DNA from: a candidate division WWE3 bacterium
GTDB taxonomy: Bacteria; Patescibacteriota; 4484-211; GCA-002791395
Length of the DNA stretch: 64,000 bases
Assembly: GCA_013335095.1 (NCBI GenBank)
Contig: JAAXWF010000001.1
Coordinates: forward strand, 292,268-356,267
Direction: 5' to 3'
This document shows, piece after piece, positions 37,298 through 47,622 of the stretch. Position numbers and translations under genes: made by a program. Under the pieces are notes generated by a model. It was not told the DNA's origin, did no database searches, and saw only the letters and a list, made by a program, of their open reading frames with translations. How positions within the stretch are numbered: the stretch's first letter is position 1; every line of letters begins with the position of its first letter.

Positions 37298-38026
37298 ATG
37301 GATACGACAATGTCGTTGCTACCTGTCGGTTTCCCGTTCATTCCCGTATCGGATGGTTCTACCCTGGCCTTGAGTCAATCCGCTCGGCTACAAGCCCTAT
37401 TGGGGGCTGGCGTCGTGGTGCGGTTAGCTGATGATGTATATCAGCACGGCTCTGTTTATCGGATCGATCACCCAGAACTGATCGGATGTGAGGATGATTG
37501 GATCCTCATGGCATGTGTTGAGCAGATGTATATGCCGGGGCGCTTGGCTGCGGCAAACAATCTGTTCATCGTCTCAGCTGGTAGGTCAGGGTATTGTCCT
37601 ACCGATGAGGAGTCGCCTGCCCTTGCGGATGACGAACTGTTTTGTGAGCAGGCTTCGGATGGTACCTGCCGGCGGTTTAAGATCTTGGCCCAGCCCGAAC
37701 ACATGCCCGACTGGCTGGCGACGGCATATCGTCGTCAGCTGAGTGCGTTTACCGTAAGGGGATTTCGTATCTTTGCTCTCTCGTCCAATAATGAGTCTCG
37801 TTTCACGGTCGTGATGCGTTGCGGTACGAAATTCGAACGGGATATGTTCCTGCATGCAATCCGGTATTTTACCGGCATGCTGGATGTTCGGATTGTTAAT
37901 CAGGACTACCTAGAATCGGGTGCGGTGAATATGATCATCGTCTCCCTTTCGGGGTTTGATAATAATCTTCGAATCCTAATTAATAAGATTCGGGATGCGT
38001 TCTTTTACGATATCGTGATAATGTAA
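37298..38026 (+). CDS. GC-rich paralog family A, member 1 (hypothetical)
   Basis: Start at MDTTMSL with a GGAGGTGG RBS (the ORF track starts at 37208). Shares HPEL...W.L.AC.EQ...PGR.AA.N.F.V, MPDWLATAYRRQ, GFRIFA and RDAFFYD motifs with members 2 and 3. About 58 % GC. Terminator at 38051-38085. Confidence 0.55.
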   Translation: MDTTMSLLPVGFPFIPVSDGSTLALSQSARLQALLGAGVVVRLADDVYQHGSVYRIDHPELIGCEDDWILMACVEQMYMPGRLAAANNLFIVSAGRSGYCPTDEESPALADDELFCEQASDGTCRRFKILAQPEHMPDWLATAYRRQLSAFTVRGFRIFALSSNNESRFTVVMRCGTKFERDMFLHAIRYFTGMLDVRIVNQDYLESGAVNMIIVSLSGFDNNLRILINKIRDAFFYDIVIM

Positions 38027-38389
38027 GGATCACGATTCGTTGGTATAAACCCGGCCGTCTACCCTAAAGTAGGCGGCCTTTTTTGTTATACTAGCTTCCT
38101 TCGGGTGCGACGGCGGAGAAACTGTGTGGGAATGGATACTCCTGATGGATCTTACAACGGTATTGCCAGCGGATATTCCATTTGTATTTGTTTGCTCGTG
38201 TATGCCGATCGATCGGGTATTGTGTTTGTGTCGGTATATTTCCGATGCGTACTTTTACAATGTTCGATGGGTGTAACGTACAAATTTTACCGTCTAATTA
38301 ATTTAGACGATACTATGTCCTATAGTTCTGGTATAATTGATTGTGCTAATTGGGCAAGTGGAGATTCGTTGATACGAAAGGGGTTTCGT

Positions 38390-39118
38390 ATGTCGGAGGC
38401 GACTCTGTTGCCAGAAGGGTGTCCGTTTCGGATGACGCTTGGGAATCACGGTTTTACCCGTGAGCAGCTTGAGCAGCTCGATGCCCTTGTTGCGACAAGT
38501 GTTGTTGCCGGCCCATTTGGGGCTATGTCTAGCACCTACCAGTACTACTACGTCGATCATCCTGAGCAGCTCGGGGTGGAACACGAGTGGCTTGTTAAGG
38601 CTTGTATCGATCAGTTCTTTGATCCTGGTCGGCAGGCCGCGACTGATAACTGGTTTGCAGTCGGCCGTGAAAGAGGCCAGTGCCTGCCCACTGCGGAGCA
38701 GTGGCCCGATCTCGAGCGTCCGGAGATTGTGGCCGAACAACGGGACGTCGGCCACAGCACCCTCTATCGGATAGCTGTTGCGCCGGATCTGATGCCGGAG
38801 TGGTTGGCCACGGCATTTCGTGTCCAGGTGAGTGATGGGGAACTCCGAGGGTTTCGGATCTTGGCTACCCAGTCAGATCCTCAGGGGCGTCCCCAGATCA
38901 TCATCTACACGACTTCACCCTATATGAGGAATCTTTTCCTCGCCGCTTGCCGATATTATTCGGCGCAAATGGGGATACCGGGGCCGTTTCTTGTAGGTCA
39001 GGATCAGAACTCTCGTGAATATTATGCGGCGATCCAGTCGCATGAGTCACTGGAGGTCGTCCGGCCGATGTGGGAGAGGGTGCGCGACGCCTTCTTCTTC
39101 GAACTTAAGATGGTGTAG
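38390..39118 (+). CDS. GC-rich paralog family A, member 2 (hypothetical)
   Basis: Start at MSEATLLPEG, preceded by the conserved leader GGGGTTTCGT-ATG-TCGGAGGCGACT (the ORF track starts at 38105). Motifs HPEQLGVEHEWLVKACIDQ, MPEWLATAFRVQ, GFRILA, RDAFFFE. Followed by the terminator GGCCGCC-tgaaatat-GGCGGCC at 39141-39178. Confidence 0.55.
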   Translation: MSEATLLPEGCPFRMTLGNHGFTREQLEQLDALVATSVVAGPFGAMSSTYQYYYVDHPEQLGVEHEWLVKACIDQFFDPGRQAATDNWFAVGRERGQCLPTAEQWPDLERPEIVAEQRDVGHSTLYRIAVAPDLMPEWLATAFRVQVSDGELRGFRILATQSDPQGRPQIIIYTTSPYMRNLFLAACRYYSAQMGIPGPFLVGQDQNSREYYAAIQSHESLEVVRPMWERVRDAFFFELKMV

Positions 39119-39252
39119 TTCGTCGCTGTCGACTAAACACGGCCGCCTGAAATATGGCGGCCCTTTTCTTTTTTTTTTGAAATAACCCATAGTTTTTGAT
39201 ATACTTACCGTACCGTAATTCGGCTTATGGATTATACGGAAGGGGATTTCGT

Positions 39253-40038
39253 ATGACGGAGGCAACTATGTTGCCGGCGCTGCCGGAAGGAATGGTTATT
39301 CGGTTTGCATTGCAGCCGAATGATCCCGAATACCCGGAGCTCTCTGCGGATATGGAAGCGGCGCTTGAAAATCTCTTCAACTGGGATGTCGTCAAGCTCT
39401 CATCCGTTGTGCGGTCAGGGAGTCGGCCGATGCTGTCATGCTATGTGGGCAGATCGGATCTTGGATTCCCGCAATGGTTGTACGAGGAGGCGGTTCGCCA
39501 GCTTGGCCTGATTGGCCGGCGAGTCCAGTTGACAAACTGGTTGTGGGTTGGGCACACCGAAGGGTGTGTCTGGCCCAGCAATGAGCAGTTCGCCGAGCTT
39601 CATCAGTTGCTGGATGGCGGCATCGTCCGAGAGGACCTGCCACTTGAGCATCGTTGGCGCTATCACGTCCGCGATGCAAGCCGACTGCCGGAGTGGTTTA
39701 TCAAAGCCCACCGGCAGCAGTGCTCTCAGGGGCGGGATTTCAGCATTCAGCTTCATCTACCCAGCATCGAGGTTGGGCAGGGTGCCATGCTGACATTTCG
39801 CGGTGGTTTGACCGAAGAGCTCCATGCGATTCTGCGGGTGGTCGAGTACCATTCGCGAAAGGTGGGGCTCAACGCAACTCGAACGCGGTTCGAGATTATG
39901 GAGCGTCCAGGGATGAGTAAGATCATCGTCTGGGAACTCGTGTGTTACGGGTCTGAAGACCTGGTCGCGTCCCTGCGGCAGCTGGCCGAGGCCATCTCGG
40001 TAGCGTTCTACTACGACGTGGTCGTGGTAGAGCCGTAA
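39253..40038 (+). CDS. GC-rich paralog family A, member 3 (hypothetical)
   Basis: Start at MTEATMLPALPEG, preceded by the leader GGGGATTTCGT-ATG-ACGGAGGCAACT (the ORF track starts at 39196). Motifs LPEWFIKAHRQQ and VAFYYDVVVV. An identical terminator copy lies at 40067-40094. Confidence 0.55.
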   Translation: MTEATMLPALPEGMVIRFALQPNDPEYPELSADMEAALENLFNWDVVKLSSVVRSGSRPMLSCYVGRSDLGFPQWLYEEAVRQLGLIGRRVQLTNWLWVGHTEGCVWPSNEQFAELHQLLDGGIVREDLPLEHRWRYHVRDASRLPEWFIKAHRQQCSQGRDFSIQLHLPSIEVGQGAMLTFRGGLTEELHAILRVVEYHSRKVGLNATRTRFEIMERPGMSKIIVWELVCYGSEDLVASLRQLAEAISVAFYYDVVVVEP

Positions 40039-40100
40039 GGATTCTTGTGCGTCTGTGAGTAAACCGGGGCCGCCTGAAATATGGCGGCCCTTTTCATATC

Positions 40101-41147
40101 TTGTTTCCTTGCTACAACTCCGCTAGGATAGTTATTAGAATAAAAATAATGACCAATTTGTCTCCTTTTGCCTGGCTGACAGTACGTTATGTCCGCTTCT
40201 CGTGGAAAGTGTTAGTCATGATTTTTGCCATCCTCTCGGTTAGTGTGTCATTTACCTTCTTTTTTGCCGTTGATGCTAAAGCGTCTGAGCTGACTATTTC
40301 GTATGAACAATCTCAGCGTATTGCCCAAAAACGAATTGTAGCAGTGCGGGATTTGCAGGATAAAAAAATCGCATTAGATATTCAGCTCGCCAAAATTGAA
40401 ACCGATCTACCAGGCATTGTCCCAAATGCGGCGAGTTTATTAGTCGAGCGGTTTGTACTGGACTTGCAGGTTGGGGATTACCTTGATGCTAAAGATACAT
40501 TAGATCAAGCATCAAAGGTCGTATCCGAAATCCTGGCTAGACAAGACGAAATTGCTCAGGCTGAGATCGATCGACTGAATGCGTTGATCGATCAACAAAA
40601 TAAAGAAATGAACGAAATCTTTGCAGATAGATCAAACATATCTACCGAAAAATTAGCATCCGTCAAAGACAAAACTAAGAAGCCAATTGAACGATTAGCT
40701 ACTGCCCGCGAACTTGTTGCAGCGATGGGGGAATCTATTCAACAACGGAAAGTTGAGATGCAGGATGCGGTTAAACAAATCGTCGTCAAAAAACACGAAA
40801 TGAAATTGTATATGTTTGAAAATGGCCGTGAGATATATTCAATGCCGGTATCATTGGGTAGACCAGGGGCAGCAACAAAATCGGGTCAATTCTCAATCCT
40901 CGATAAATTAGGCACTGTATGGAGTTTTTGGCAAATCTGGCTGCCTCAGTGGATGGGGATTTACTTTGCTGGCTCAAGCGAAAACGGCATTCACGGACTA
41001 CCGTTCGATAAAGCTGGTCATACGTATTGGAAAAATGATATTGGGGTTAGAAACATAACATACGGTTGCGTGATGCCAAATGACGAAAATATGACTAAAT
41101 TGTACAATTGGGCCGAGGTCGGTATTCCTGTTACGGTAGTTGAATAG
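40101..41147 (+). CDS. L,D-transpeptidase (YkuD domain) with N-terminal TM helix and coiled coil
   Basis: C-terminal catalytic motif GIHGLPFDKAGHTYWKNDIGVRNITYGCVMP (His...Gly-Cys); hydrophobic helix WKVLVMIFAILSVSVSF. The true start may be an internal Met (MTNLS at about 40150). Confidence 0.55.
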   Translation: MFPCYNSARIVIRIKIMTNLSPFAWLTVRYVRFSWKVLVMIFAILSVSVSFTFFFAVDAKASELTISYEQSQRIAQKRIVAVRDLQDKKIALDIQLAKIETDLPGIVPNAASLLVERFVLDLQVGDYLDAKDTLDQASKVVSEILARQDEIAQAEIDRLNALIDQQNKEMNEIFADRSNISTEKLASVKDKTKKPIERLATARELVAAMGESIQQRKVEMQDAVKQIVVKKHEMKLYMFENGREIYSMPVSLGRPGAATKSGQFSILDKLGTVWSFWQIWLPQWMGIYFAGSSENGIHGLPFDKAGHTYWKNDIGVRNITYGCVMPNDENMTKLYNWAEVGIPVTVVE

Positions 41148-41197
41148 CTAATCTATTTGTTCGCGTTACAAGTTACTATAGTACAATATCTTTACGT

Positions 41198-41794
41198 ATG
41201 CTTCATTCTGGATTGCGAATCTTTGCGTTTGTTATATCACGAATCTTTAGTCCCTTCGTCGCCATACCGTTGCTTCTTTTCTATCTTCTTTTTAATAACA
41301 CCAATCTGAATTCATACCAGCAACTGCATTACTTTCCGGTTATCGTTGGATTTAATTATGTTGCACCGATTGGTTTATTTCTATTTTTCCGATGGAAGCG
41401 ATGGATATCAGACTTAGAAGTCCGAACATGGTCGCAACGATTAATACTGTTGACGTTAGTTTCTTTTGTGAGTTGGATTGGCGTACTCTTCGCCTTTGTT
41501 GTTGGGCTTCCAAGTTTGTTCGTGTCACTTTTAGGGTACGAAGTCCTTGTATTAACGGCGCTAACTTTCTTGTCTCGGTATACCAAGGTTAGCCTTCATA
41601 TTGGTATTAACAGTGCACTGTACTTTATTATCGTACAGATTTTTGGTGCGACTTGGTGGTGGCTCTGTGTTGTCCTTATACTTATCGGATGGGCGAGGTG
41701 GTATCTAAAACATCATACTGTATCTCAGCTCCTTTTGGGCTTTTTCTCAGCTGGAGCGGTTTTCTTGACAGGTGGGTTCGCCATGTTAGAATAA
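41198..41794 (+). CDS. Polytopic integral membrane protein, hypothetical
   Basis: 198 aa with about six hydrophobic helices and no secure family assignment. Confidence 0.4.
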   Translation: MLHSGLRIFAFVISRIFSPFVAIPLLLFYLLFNNTNLNSYQQLHYFPVIVGFNYVAPIGLFLFFRWKRWISDLEVRTWSQRLILLTLVSFVSWIGVLFAFVVGLPSLFVSLLGYEVLVLTALTFLSRYTKVSLHIGINSALYFIIVQIFGATWWWLCVVLILIGWARWYLKHHTVSQLLLGFFSAGAVFLTGGFAMLE

Positions 41795-41798
41795 CGGC

Positions 41799-42041
41799 AT
41801 GAAGCACTATTCGGGCCTTCCCATAGTCGGTCCTGCTTCGGTTAACGGCGTTTATCGGATCGGCGAGGACTTTGAACAAAGTGTTAGTTCAGTATTAACT
41901 CACGATGCCGCGACTAAAATCACTCTCCAAGCACTCAGTCGTAAGTTAATGCAGTCCGAAGGATTGATTAAAGATGAAGTCGATGCCGAAGACACGGTTT
42001 CTCTCCTCTTATTAGATGAAAATTTTGAAGGGGAGGAATAA
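41799..42041 (+). CDS. Small hypothetical protein
   Basis: 80-aa ORF directly after the membrane-protein gene, with an acidic C-terminus. Confidence 0.3.
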   Translation: MKHYSGLPIVGPASVNGVYRIGEDFEQSVSSVLTHDAATKITLQALSRKLMQSEGLIKDEVDAEDTVSLLLLDENFEGEE

Positions 42042-42110
42042 GCTGTATTTTCACCAAGAATACGGTTCTGTTCTTATAGCATTTTCAAACTATTTAGATA
42101 CAATTGGCAT

Positions 42111-42692
42111 ATGAGATTTTCTGAAATTGAGATTTCTGAACTAGCTAAAGCGTGGGTTGCGATATCTTTTGCGTTTGCAATCGCTGGTCGTGGCGGATTC
42201 GATTCCGATTTCGGGTATATCTTTTTAACCACCGCACTGACGGTTGGCGTGGCATTTATATTACATGAACTCGCTCATAAATTTGTTGCACAGCGGTTTG
42301 GCTGCTGGGCAGAATTTCGTTCATATGACACCGGATTAATTCTTGCGATAGTGATGAGCATTTTTACTGGATTTGTATTTGCCGCTCCTGGTGCTGTGAT
42401 GATTTCTGGTCTTGTCACAGCCGATGAAAATGGAAAGATTGCGGCTGCTGGTCCAATTACAAACTTAATTCTCGCTGGGATCTTTTGGATACTTATTTTA
42501 TTTGCTCCATCGACGTTGAATTGGATGGTATTTAGCTTTCTTTATAGTGGGTTTACCGTCAATGCTTGGTTAGCATTATTTAACCTAATTCCGATACCGC
42601 CATTAGATGGTTCCAAAATTTTGCCGTGGTCTCGGCCAGTCTGGATTACCCTTTTGGCGATTGCCGGATATTTGACATTTTTTGTCTTTTAG
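42111..42692 (+). CDS. Site-2-protease-family (M50) zinc metalloprotease
   Basis: Intramembrane HExxH (ILHELAHKFVAQRFG) and the downstream NLIPIPPLDGSKI motif; polytopic. Confidence 0.65.
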   Translation: MRFSEIEISELAKAWVAISFAFAIAGRGGFDSDFGYIFLTTALTVGVAFILHELAHKFVAQRFGCWAEFRSYDTGLILAIVMSIFTGFVFAAPGAVMISGLVTADENGKIAAAGPITNLILAGIFWILILFAPSTLNWMVFSFLYSGFTVNAWLALFNLIPIPPLDGSKILPWSRPVWITLLAIAGYLTFFVF

Positions 42693-42736
42693 CAGATTAT
42701 TGACACGATTGCCAGTTATGTTATTATGTTCACGTC

Positions 42737-45208
42737 ATGGGATTATTTGACCGTAAAAACAAACCAGAATCAGCTGATGAACCAATAAATTCACCCAAAG
42801 AAAATAAAGATCACCAAATACCGAAAGAGCTTCCGGTAATTGCCTTAAAGAATACTGTAATATATCCACACACTGTTGTGCCGGTATTCTTTGAAGATGC
42901 CGCATCGCTATCTGCTCTTGAGGCCGCTCAAAAGCAAGGTGGAATGATCGGCTCATTTGCCCTCAAGGACGATGCTCGTAAGCGAATAGAAACTGAGGAT
43001 AATGACACTGAAGTCGAGGACGATGATACGCCTGTTACCGAAGGTGATAAAACCGAATCTTCTCGAGTAAAACCAGCTGATTTATATCGTATCGGTACCG
43101 CGTGTTTAATCCATCGGGTAATGCCAATATCCGGCCGACAGGGGGCAATGGTGGTTCTCCAGGGATTATCTAAAGTAAACGCCCTCCAAATGTGGCGCGA
43201 GCAACCATATATCACGGCAATGGTTGAAGTTATCGAAGAAGAGTCCAGTGAAAGTAAAGAAATTCGAGCGCTGATGAAAAATGCGCTTTCAACCGCACAG
43301 CGAATTATCCAGAATACCCCGTACCTTCCGCAAGAACTACAGATAGCGCTTGAAGATCTGAGCGATCCTTTAAAGTTTGTGTATCTACTAGCTACATTGG
43401 TTCGATTTGATGCATCTGAAAAACAGATGATCTTAGAAGAGGTTCTGGTCGAAGATAAATTAAAGAAAACCGCTGCGATTCTTTCTCGCGAATTAGAGCA
43501 GATTGAGCTAGGGGGCAAGATCGTCTCAAACGTTAAAAAAGAATTTAACCGGATGAGCCGTGAGGCATTTTTACGCCAGCAATTGAAAGAAATTCAACGT
43601 GAATTAGGCGAAGAAAACGAATCTGCACAAGAAGCTGGCGAGTACCGCCAAAAGCTTGAAAAAGGTAAATTCCCTAAAGAATTCGTCAAAGAGATATCTC
43701 GAGAAATCGACCGGCTCGAAACTATGCATCCGCAATCGTCTGAATATCAGGTCATTCGAACCTATCTTGATTGGGTATTTGATATCCCGTGGACGTTACA
43801 AAGTCGTAAAAAGCCAGGTCTTGCGACTGTCGAAAAAGTTCTTAATGCCGATCATTATGGACTAAAAGAAACGAAAGAACGTATTTTAGAGTACCTGGCA
43901 GTGCGTCAACTGAATAAAAATCACCATGGTCCGATCTTGTGTTTGGTTGGACCTCCGGGTGTCGGTAAAACGTCTCTAGGTAAATCGATCGCTAAAGCAT
44001 TAGGGAAATCGTTTATCCGAATGAGCTTGGGTGGAGTACATGATGAGGCCGAAATCCGAGGCCATCGACGAACATATGTTGGTGCGATGCCCGGTAAGGT
44101 TATTCAAGGTATGCGCCGAGCTGAATCTATTGATCCAGTGTTTATGCTTGATGAGATCGATAAAGTAGGCAATGATTACCGCGGCGATCCTTCTTCGGCA
44201 CTGCTTGAGGTGCTTGATCCAGAACAGAACAATACTTTTAGAGATCATTATTTAGACCTGGATTATGACTTGTCGAACGTCTTTTTTATAGCTACAGCTA
44301 ACGTTCTCGAAACCATTCAGCCAGCACTCCGTGATCGTATGGAGATAATTCAACTCTCAGGATACGTTGATGGGGAGAAGATTGAAATTGCTAAACGCCA
44401 TATTTGGCCAAAAGTGCTTGAACGACATGGGATTGAACCAAAACAGGTTAAAATCACGGATGATATTTTCCCGACGATTATTAATCAATATACCCAAGAA
44501 GCCGGGGTTCGTGGTTTGGAGAAACAGTTATCCAGGCTTGCCCGTAAAATTGCATTCCATATAGTCAAAACGAAAGAGCGGAGAATAACGATAGATGAAG
44601 CTAAGTTAAGAGAATTTCTAGGACCTCAGAGGGTATTTCCGGAAGTTGCTGCACGAACCGCAAATCCAGGTGTTGCAACCGGTTTAGCGTGGACCGCCGC
44701 AGGTGGAGAGATCTTATTTATCGAAGCAAATAAAATGCCAGGGGGAAAGAAATTTGAACTAACCGGTCAGCTTGGAGCTGTGATGAAGGAGTCCGCTAAA
44801 ATTGCATATAGTTTGGTTAGGGCTCGTTCTGAACAGTTGGGCATCGCATCAGACTTTTTTACTAAACACGATATTCATTTACACGTGCCGGCCGGTGCCG
44901 TGCCTAAAGATGGTCCAAGTGCTGGTATCACAATGACTACCGCAATTGCATCACTGGCATTAGGGCGACCTGTTCGGAATGATTTTGCAATGACTGGTGA
45001 AATTACATTAAGTGGTCTGGTTTTACCGATTGGGGGGGTGAAGGAGAAAGTTATTGCGGCCCGTCGGGCAGGTATAAAGACGGTGCTGTTGCCAGAAAAA
45101 AATCGCGCTGATATTAAAGAGGTCGATCCTTCATTAATTGAAGGTCTATCATTTGAATTTGCCGAGACTATCGATCAGGTATTAGATATTGCCTTGTTAA
45201 ACAATTAA
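42737..45208 (+). CDS. lon: ATP-dependent Lon protease
   Basis: AAA+ Walker A GPPGVGKTSLGKS, Walker B VFMLDEIDK and the proteolytic Ser motif KDGPSAGITM; 823 aa. Confidence 0.9.
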   Translation: MGLFDRKNKPESADEPINSPKENKDHQIPKELPVIALKNTVIYPHTVVPVFFEDAASLSALEAAQKQGGMIGSFALKDDARKRIETEDNDTEVEDDDTPVTEGDKTESSRVKPADLYRIGTACLIHRVMPISGRQGAMVVLQGLSKVNALQMWREQPYITAMVEVIEEESSESKEIRALMKNALSTAQRIIQNTPYLPQELQIALEDLSDPLKFVYLLATLVRFDASEKQMILEEVLVEDKLKKTAAILSRELEQIELGGKIVSNVKKEFNRMSREAFLRQQLKEIQRELGEENESAQEAGEYRQKLEKGKFPKEFVKEISREIDRLETMHPQSSEYQVIRTYLDWVFDIPWTLQSRKKPGLATVEKVLNADHYGLKETKERILEYLAVRQLNKNHHGPILCLVGPPGVGKTSLGKSIAKALGKSFIRMSLGGVHDEAEIRGHRRTYVGAMPGKVIQGMRRAESIDPVFMLDEIDKVGNDYRGDPSSALLEVLDPEQNNTFRDHYLDLDYDLSNVFFIATANVLETIQPALRDRMEIIQLSGYVDGEKIEIAKRHIWPKVLERHGIEPKQVKITDDIFPTIINQYTQEAGVRGLEKQLSRLARKIAFHIVKTKERRITIDEAKLREFLGPQRVFPEVAARTANPGVATGLAWTAAGGEILFIEANKMPGGKKFELTGQLGAVMKESAKIAYSLVRARSEQLGIASDFFTKHDIHLHVPAGAVPKDGPSAGITMTTAIASLALGRPVRNDFAMTGEITLSGLVLPIGGVKEKVIAARRAGIKTVLLPEKNRADIKEVDPSLIEGLSFEFAETIDQVLDIALLNN

Positions 45209-45618
45209 TTTGGTAAATCGTTCGAGTGTTCGTTATATTTTCCCTATCTTTCTATTTGAATAAAACAATTTAAATATCATTGTTTTCCATTGTCGTTGAG
45301 TCGGGGATTGTCTCTGTTTTATCCAGTAAACGCCGCGAGTCTTATAGTATGCGGGAATTATTTAGTGCTATGTAAATGTTGTTATAGATTGACCTAACGG
45401 TTAAAAACCGACTATTCCACGTATTTACTAACATCGTGTTGACACATTACAGGATGGTATGTATAATTCTTACATAACGCTGAAATGTACCCAGTTCCCA
45501 GTGTTTGGCTTAGACGGTATTAACCTTGAGTTGATGCATGTTCGAAGCTGGGCACTTGGATCTGGGTATATTTTTATTGGTTAAACTTTTCCCCCAAAAT
45601 TAAAAAGGAAGTACGTGT

Positions 45619-46113
45619 TTACTCTTCAATATCGTTAGTCATGCGGATTATCTCTTCTTCTATTATTTGATCTGTCACTCCTAGGAGTAGGGCATTTTGA
45701 CGAATTTTCATATTAATCTCGTTATTAACAGCCTGAAATTCATCGCGGCATTGGGTTAGCTCATGAACTATCTTGGTTCGGCCTCGATTCGTATTTAATA
45801 GTCCGGCATGTTGCCAGAAATAATGATGGGTTAAATGATTTCGTTGGTTTAGTACATTAAATAACCTTTTGACAAAGCGAGTGTCAGATGTTTGGTATCT
45901 AAATTTGAAAATAAGATTACCGAGTGTTTGTTGCGACAGATCATCAACTACTTCGTCATACGTATCGGGTTGATTGGTCGTTGGTGTTGTATCGTCGAGT
46001 AATGATAGAAGCATGGCCAAATTGCGTTCAATTGATTGTGAGAGGAATAAAACTAACCCGAAAAGTGAATATATTTCTTGCAACTGCGCTTGCTTTACCG
46101 CTTCTTGATTCAT
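45619..46113 (-). CDS. Hypothetical protein
   Basis: 164-aa ORF with an N-terminal hydrophobic segment and no recognised domain. Confidence 0.35.
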   Translation of the reverse strand: MNQEAVKQAQLQEIYSLFGLVLFLSQSIERNLAMLLSLLDDTTPTTNQPDTYDEVVDDLSQQTLGNLIFKFRYQTSDTRFVKRLFNVLNQRNHLTHHYFWQHAGLLNTNRGRTKIVHELTQCRDEFQAVNNEINMKIRQNALLLGVTDQIIEEEIIRMTNDIEE

Positions 46114-46152
46114 TGCTCGATTGTACCCTTAATGTAAATACGCGACTCTAAT

Positions 46153-47091
46153 CTATTTGTCGTAAACCCCAATTAATTTTGCAGTAGTTAGAAACCGGTT
46201 TATTGGATTTCCGGGAGGATCGCATGTCTGAAGTGTTAATGCTGGATAGTCATGTTTGCGTGTTAAAACGGTGGTGTCAAAGCTTGGGACAACTTCTTGT
46301 TGAGTTATTTCGTAATCAAATCTTTTGTTATTGTGAAAAACTGTAATCTTATCGCCTAATGTAAGTTGTTTTGTTTTAGTAAATACCGCAGCATAGCGAG
46401 CGATATTGGCTTCATTTGCAGTTGAATGGGCGAATAAGTAGGTGTTTGTATTTGGTTCATCGGTAGGTAAGCTGGTGCCTTTAGCGTGGGCTACACCTAT
46501 TTCAAGAGCTTTCATGTATGCTTGGCGATCATTGACTGGCGTATCTAGTGCGATCGGGCTGTTTACTCCAATTTTAGGAATGATGATACTGGCTGTTCGA
46601 TTAATTGGCTCAACTCCAATGTTTGGGCCGATTATCTTTATTGTTCCGATATAATCCGTCTCTTCGCTTGTTATGTCTTGATTTTCCTCTTGTTGTGTTT
46701 GTTCTCCTAAGACTTGTTCTTCGGTTATTGTAGTTGATGAATCAGTAAATAAATCAGCCGTTATCCCTCTACTATCTGTTTGAGGAGTATTGGAGTCTTG
46801 GGTCGGTTCAATTATGGGCGTTTCGGTTATTTGAGGTGTTTCAGTAATTGTCGGTATCGTTTCGGCTACGATTGTTCCGGTTTTTCCCGTGAATACCGAT
46901 CCATAAATTTCACGAACATCGATTGGAGAGGGTTCTACGTCAGCCTGAGTCTTGGGTGGAGTTCTAAATGCCTTTAAATCCGGCAGGTAGCTGGTAATGG
47001 TGAATAGTCCTACCGAGATAAAGAATGTTGCGGAAAGGGGCTTGAGTTTTGACACTCTTAATATATAGCACGATTGCGGTGATATAATCAA
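46153..47091 (-). CDS. Sortase-family transpeptidase (membrane anchored)
   Basis: Catalytic Cys motif LTLQTCDPPG with a downstream Arg (NRF), a conserved His (YLFAHS), an N-terminal transmembrane helix and a Thr/Glu-rich linker. Confidence 0.55.
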   Translation of the reverse strand: MIISPQSCYILRVSKLKPLSATFFISVGLFTITSYLPDLKAFRTPPKTQADVEPSPIDVREIYGSVFTGKTGTIVAETIPTITETPQITETPIIEPTQDSNTPQTDSRGITADLFTDSSTTITEEQVLGEQTQQEENQDITSEETDYIGTIKIIGPNIGVEPINRTASIIIPKIGVNSPIALDTPVNDRQAYMKALEIGVAHAKGTSLPTDEPNTNTYLFAHSTANEANIARYAAVFTKTKQLTLGDKITVFHNNKRFDYEITQQEVVPSFDTTVLTRKHDYPALTLQTCDPPGNPINRFLTTAKLIGVYDK

Positions 47092-47176
47092 TCAAAAGCC
47101 GTATTTTAATCTGTCTGAAAGGGGATTAATTTATGTTTTTGAGATTAGGTGTTATATACTTGTTTTGTTGAATTTT

Positions 47177-47253
47177 GGGCGCGTAACTCAGTTGGTTAGA
47201 GTATCAAGCTTATACCTTGAAAGTCCCTGGTTCGAGTCCAGGCGCGCCCACCA
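47177..47253 (+). tRNA. tRNA-Ile with anticodon UAU (ATA-decoding), CCA encoded
   Basis: Manual fold: acceptor GGGCGCG/CGCGCCC, D-arm ACTC-AGTTGGTTA-GAGT, anticodon stem TCAAG/CTTGA with loop CTTATAC (anticodon TAT), T-arm CCTGG-TTCGAGT-CCAGG, discriminator A, CCA. Confidence 0.7.
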
Positions 47254-47622
47254 GTTTTTTAGATTATCGGTTTTATCGTTATTCATTTTGACCATTTTCG
47301 TTTGACTCCTTATTTCTCTCAATGTAAAAGCATAATTTCTAGTTATTAGCTAAAAGTACTATTTTAAATTCATAGTTAACTGCGATCACTGTAAAATCAT
47401 TTCTATAGCGGGTTTCTATTACTATGCGTGTGATTTGGCTATCTTTGACTATTATGTCTTAAGTTGTCTTATTTGGTGAAACATTATGCTGGCTTTTGAC
47501 TAATACATAGGACTAGGGCGTTTTCTAGGCCCTTTTGTTTGTTTTGAAATAGACTAGGGGGTGGTTGAAGTCTGTTAATGTTGGATTTGATAACAAGGTA
47601 TAATAGGATGTGTTTCTGCTTT

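Noticed and set aside
41198-41794. PAP2-type phosphatase assignment for the polytopic membrane protein
   Set aside because: SR....H-like and KHH segments are present but in the wrong order relative to the PAP2 motif series; left as a hypothetical membrane protein.
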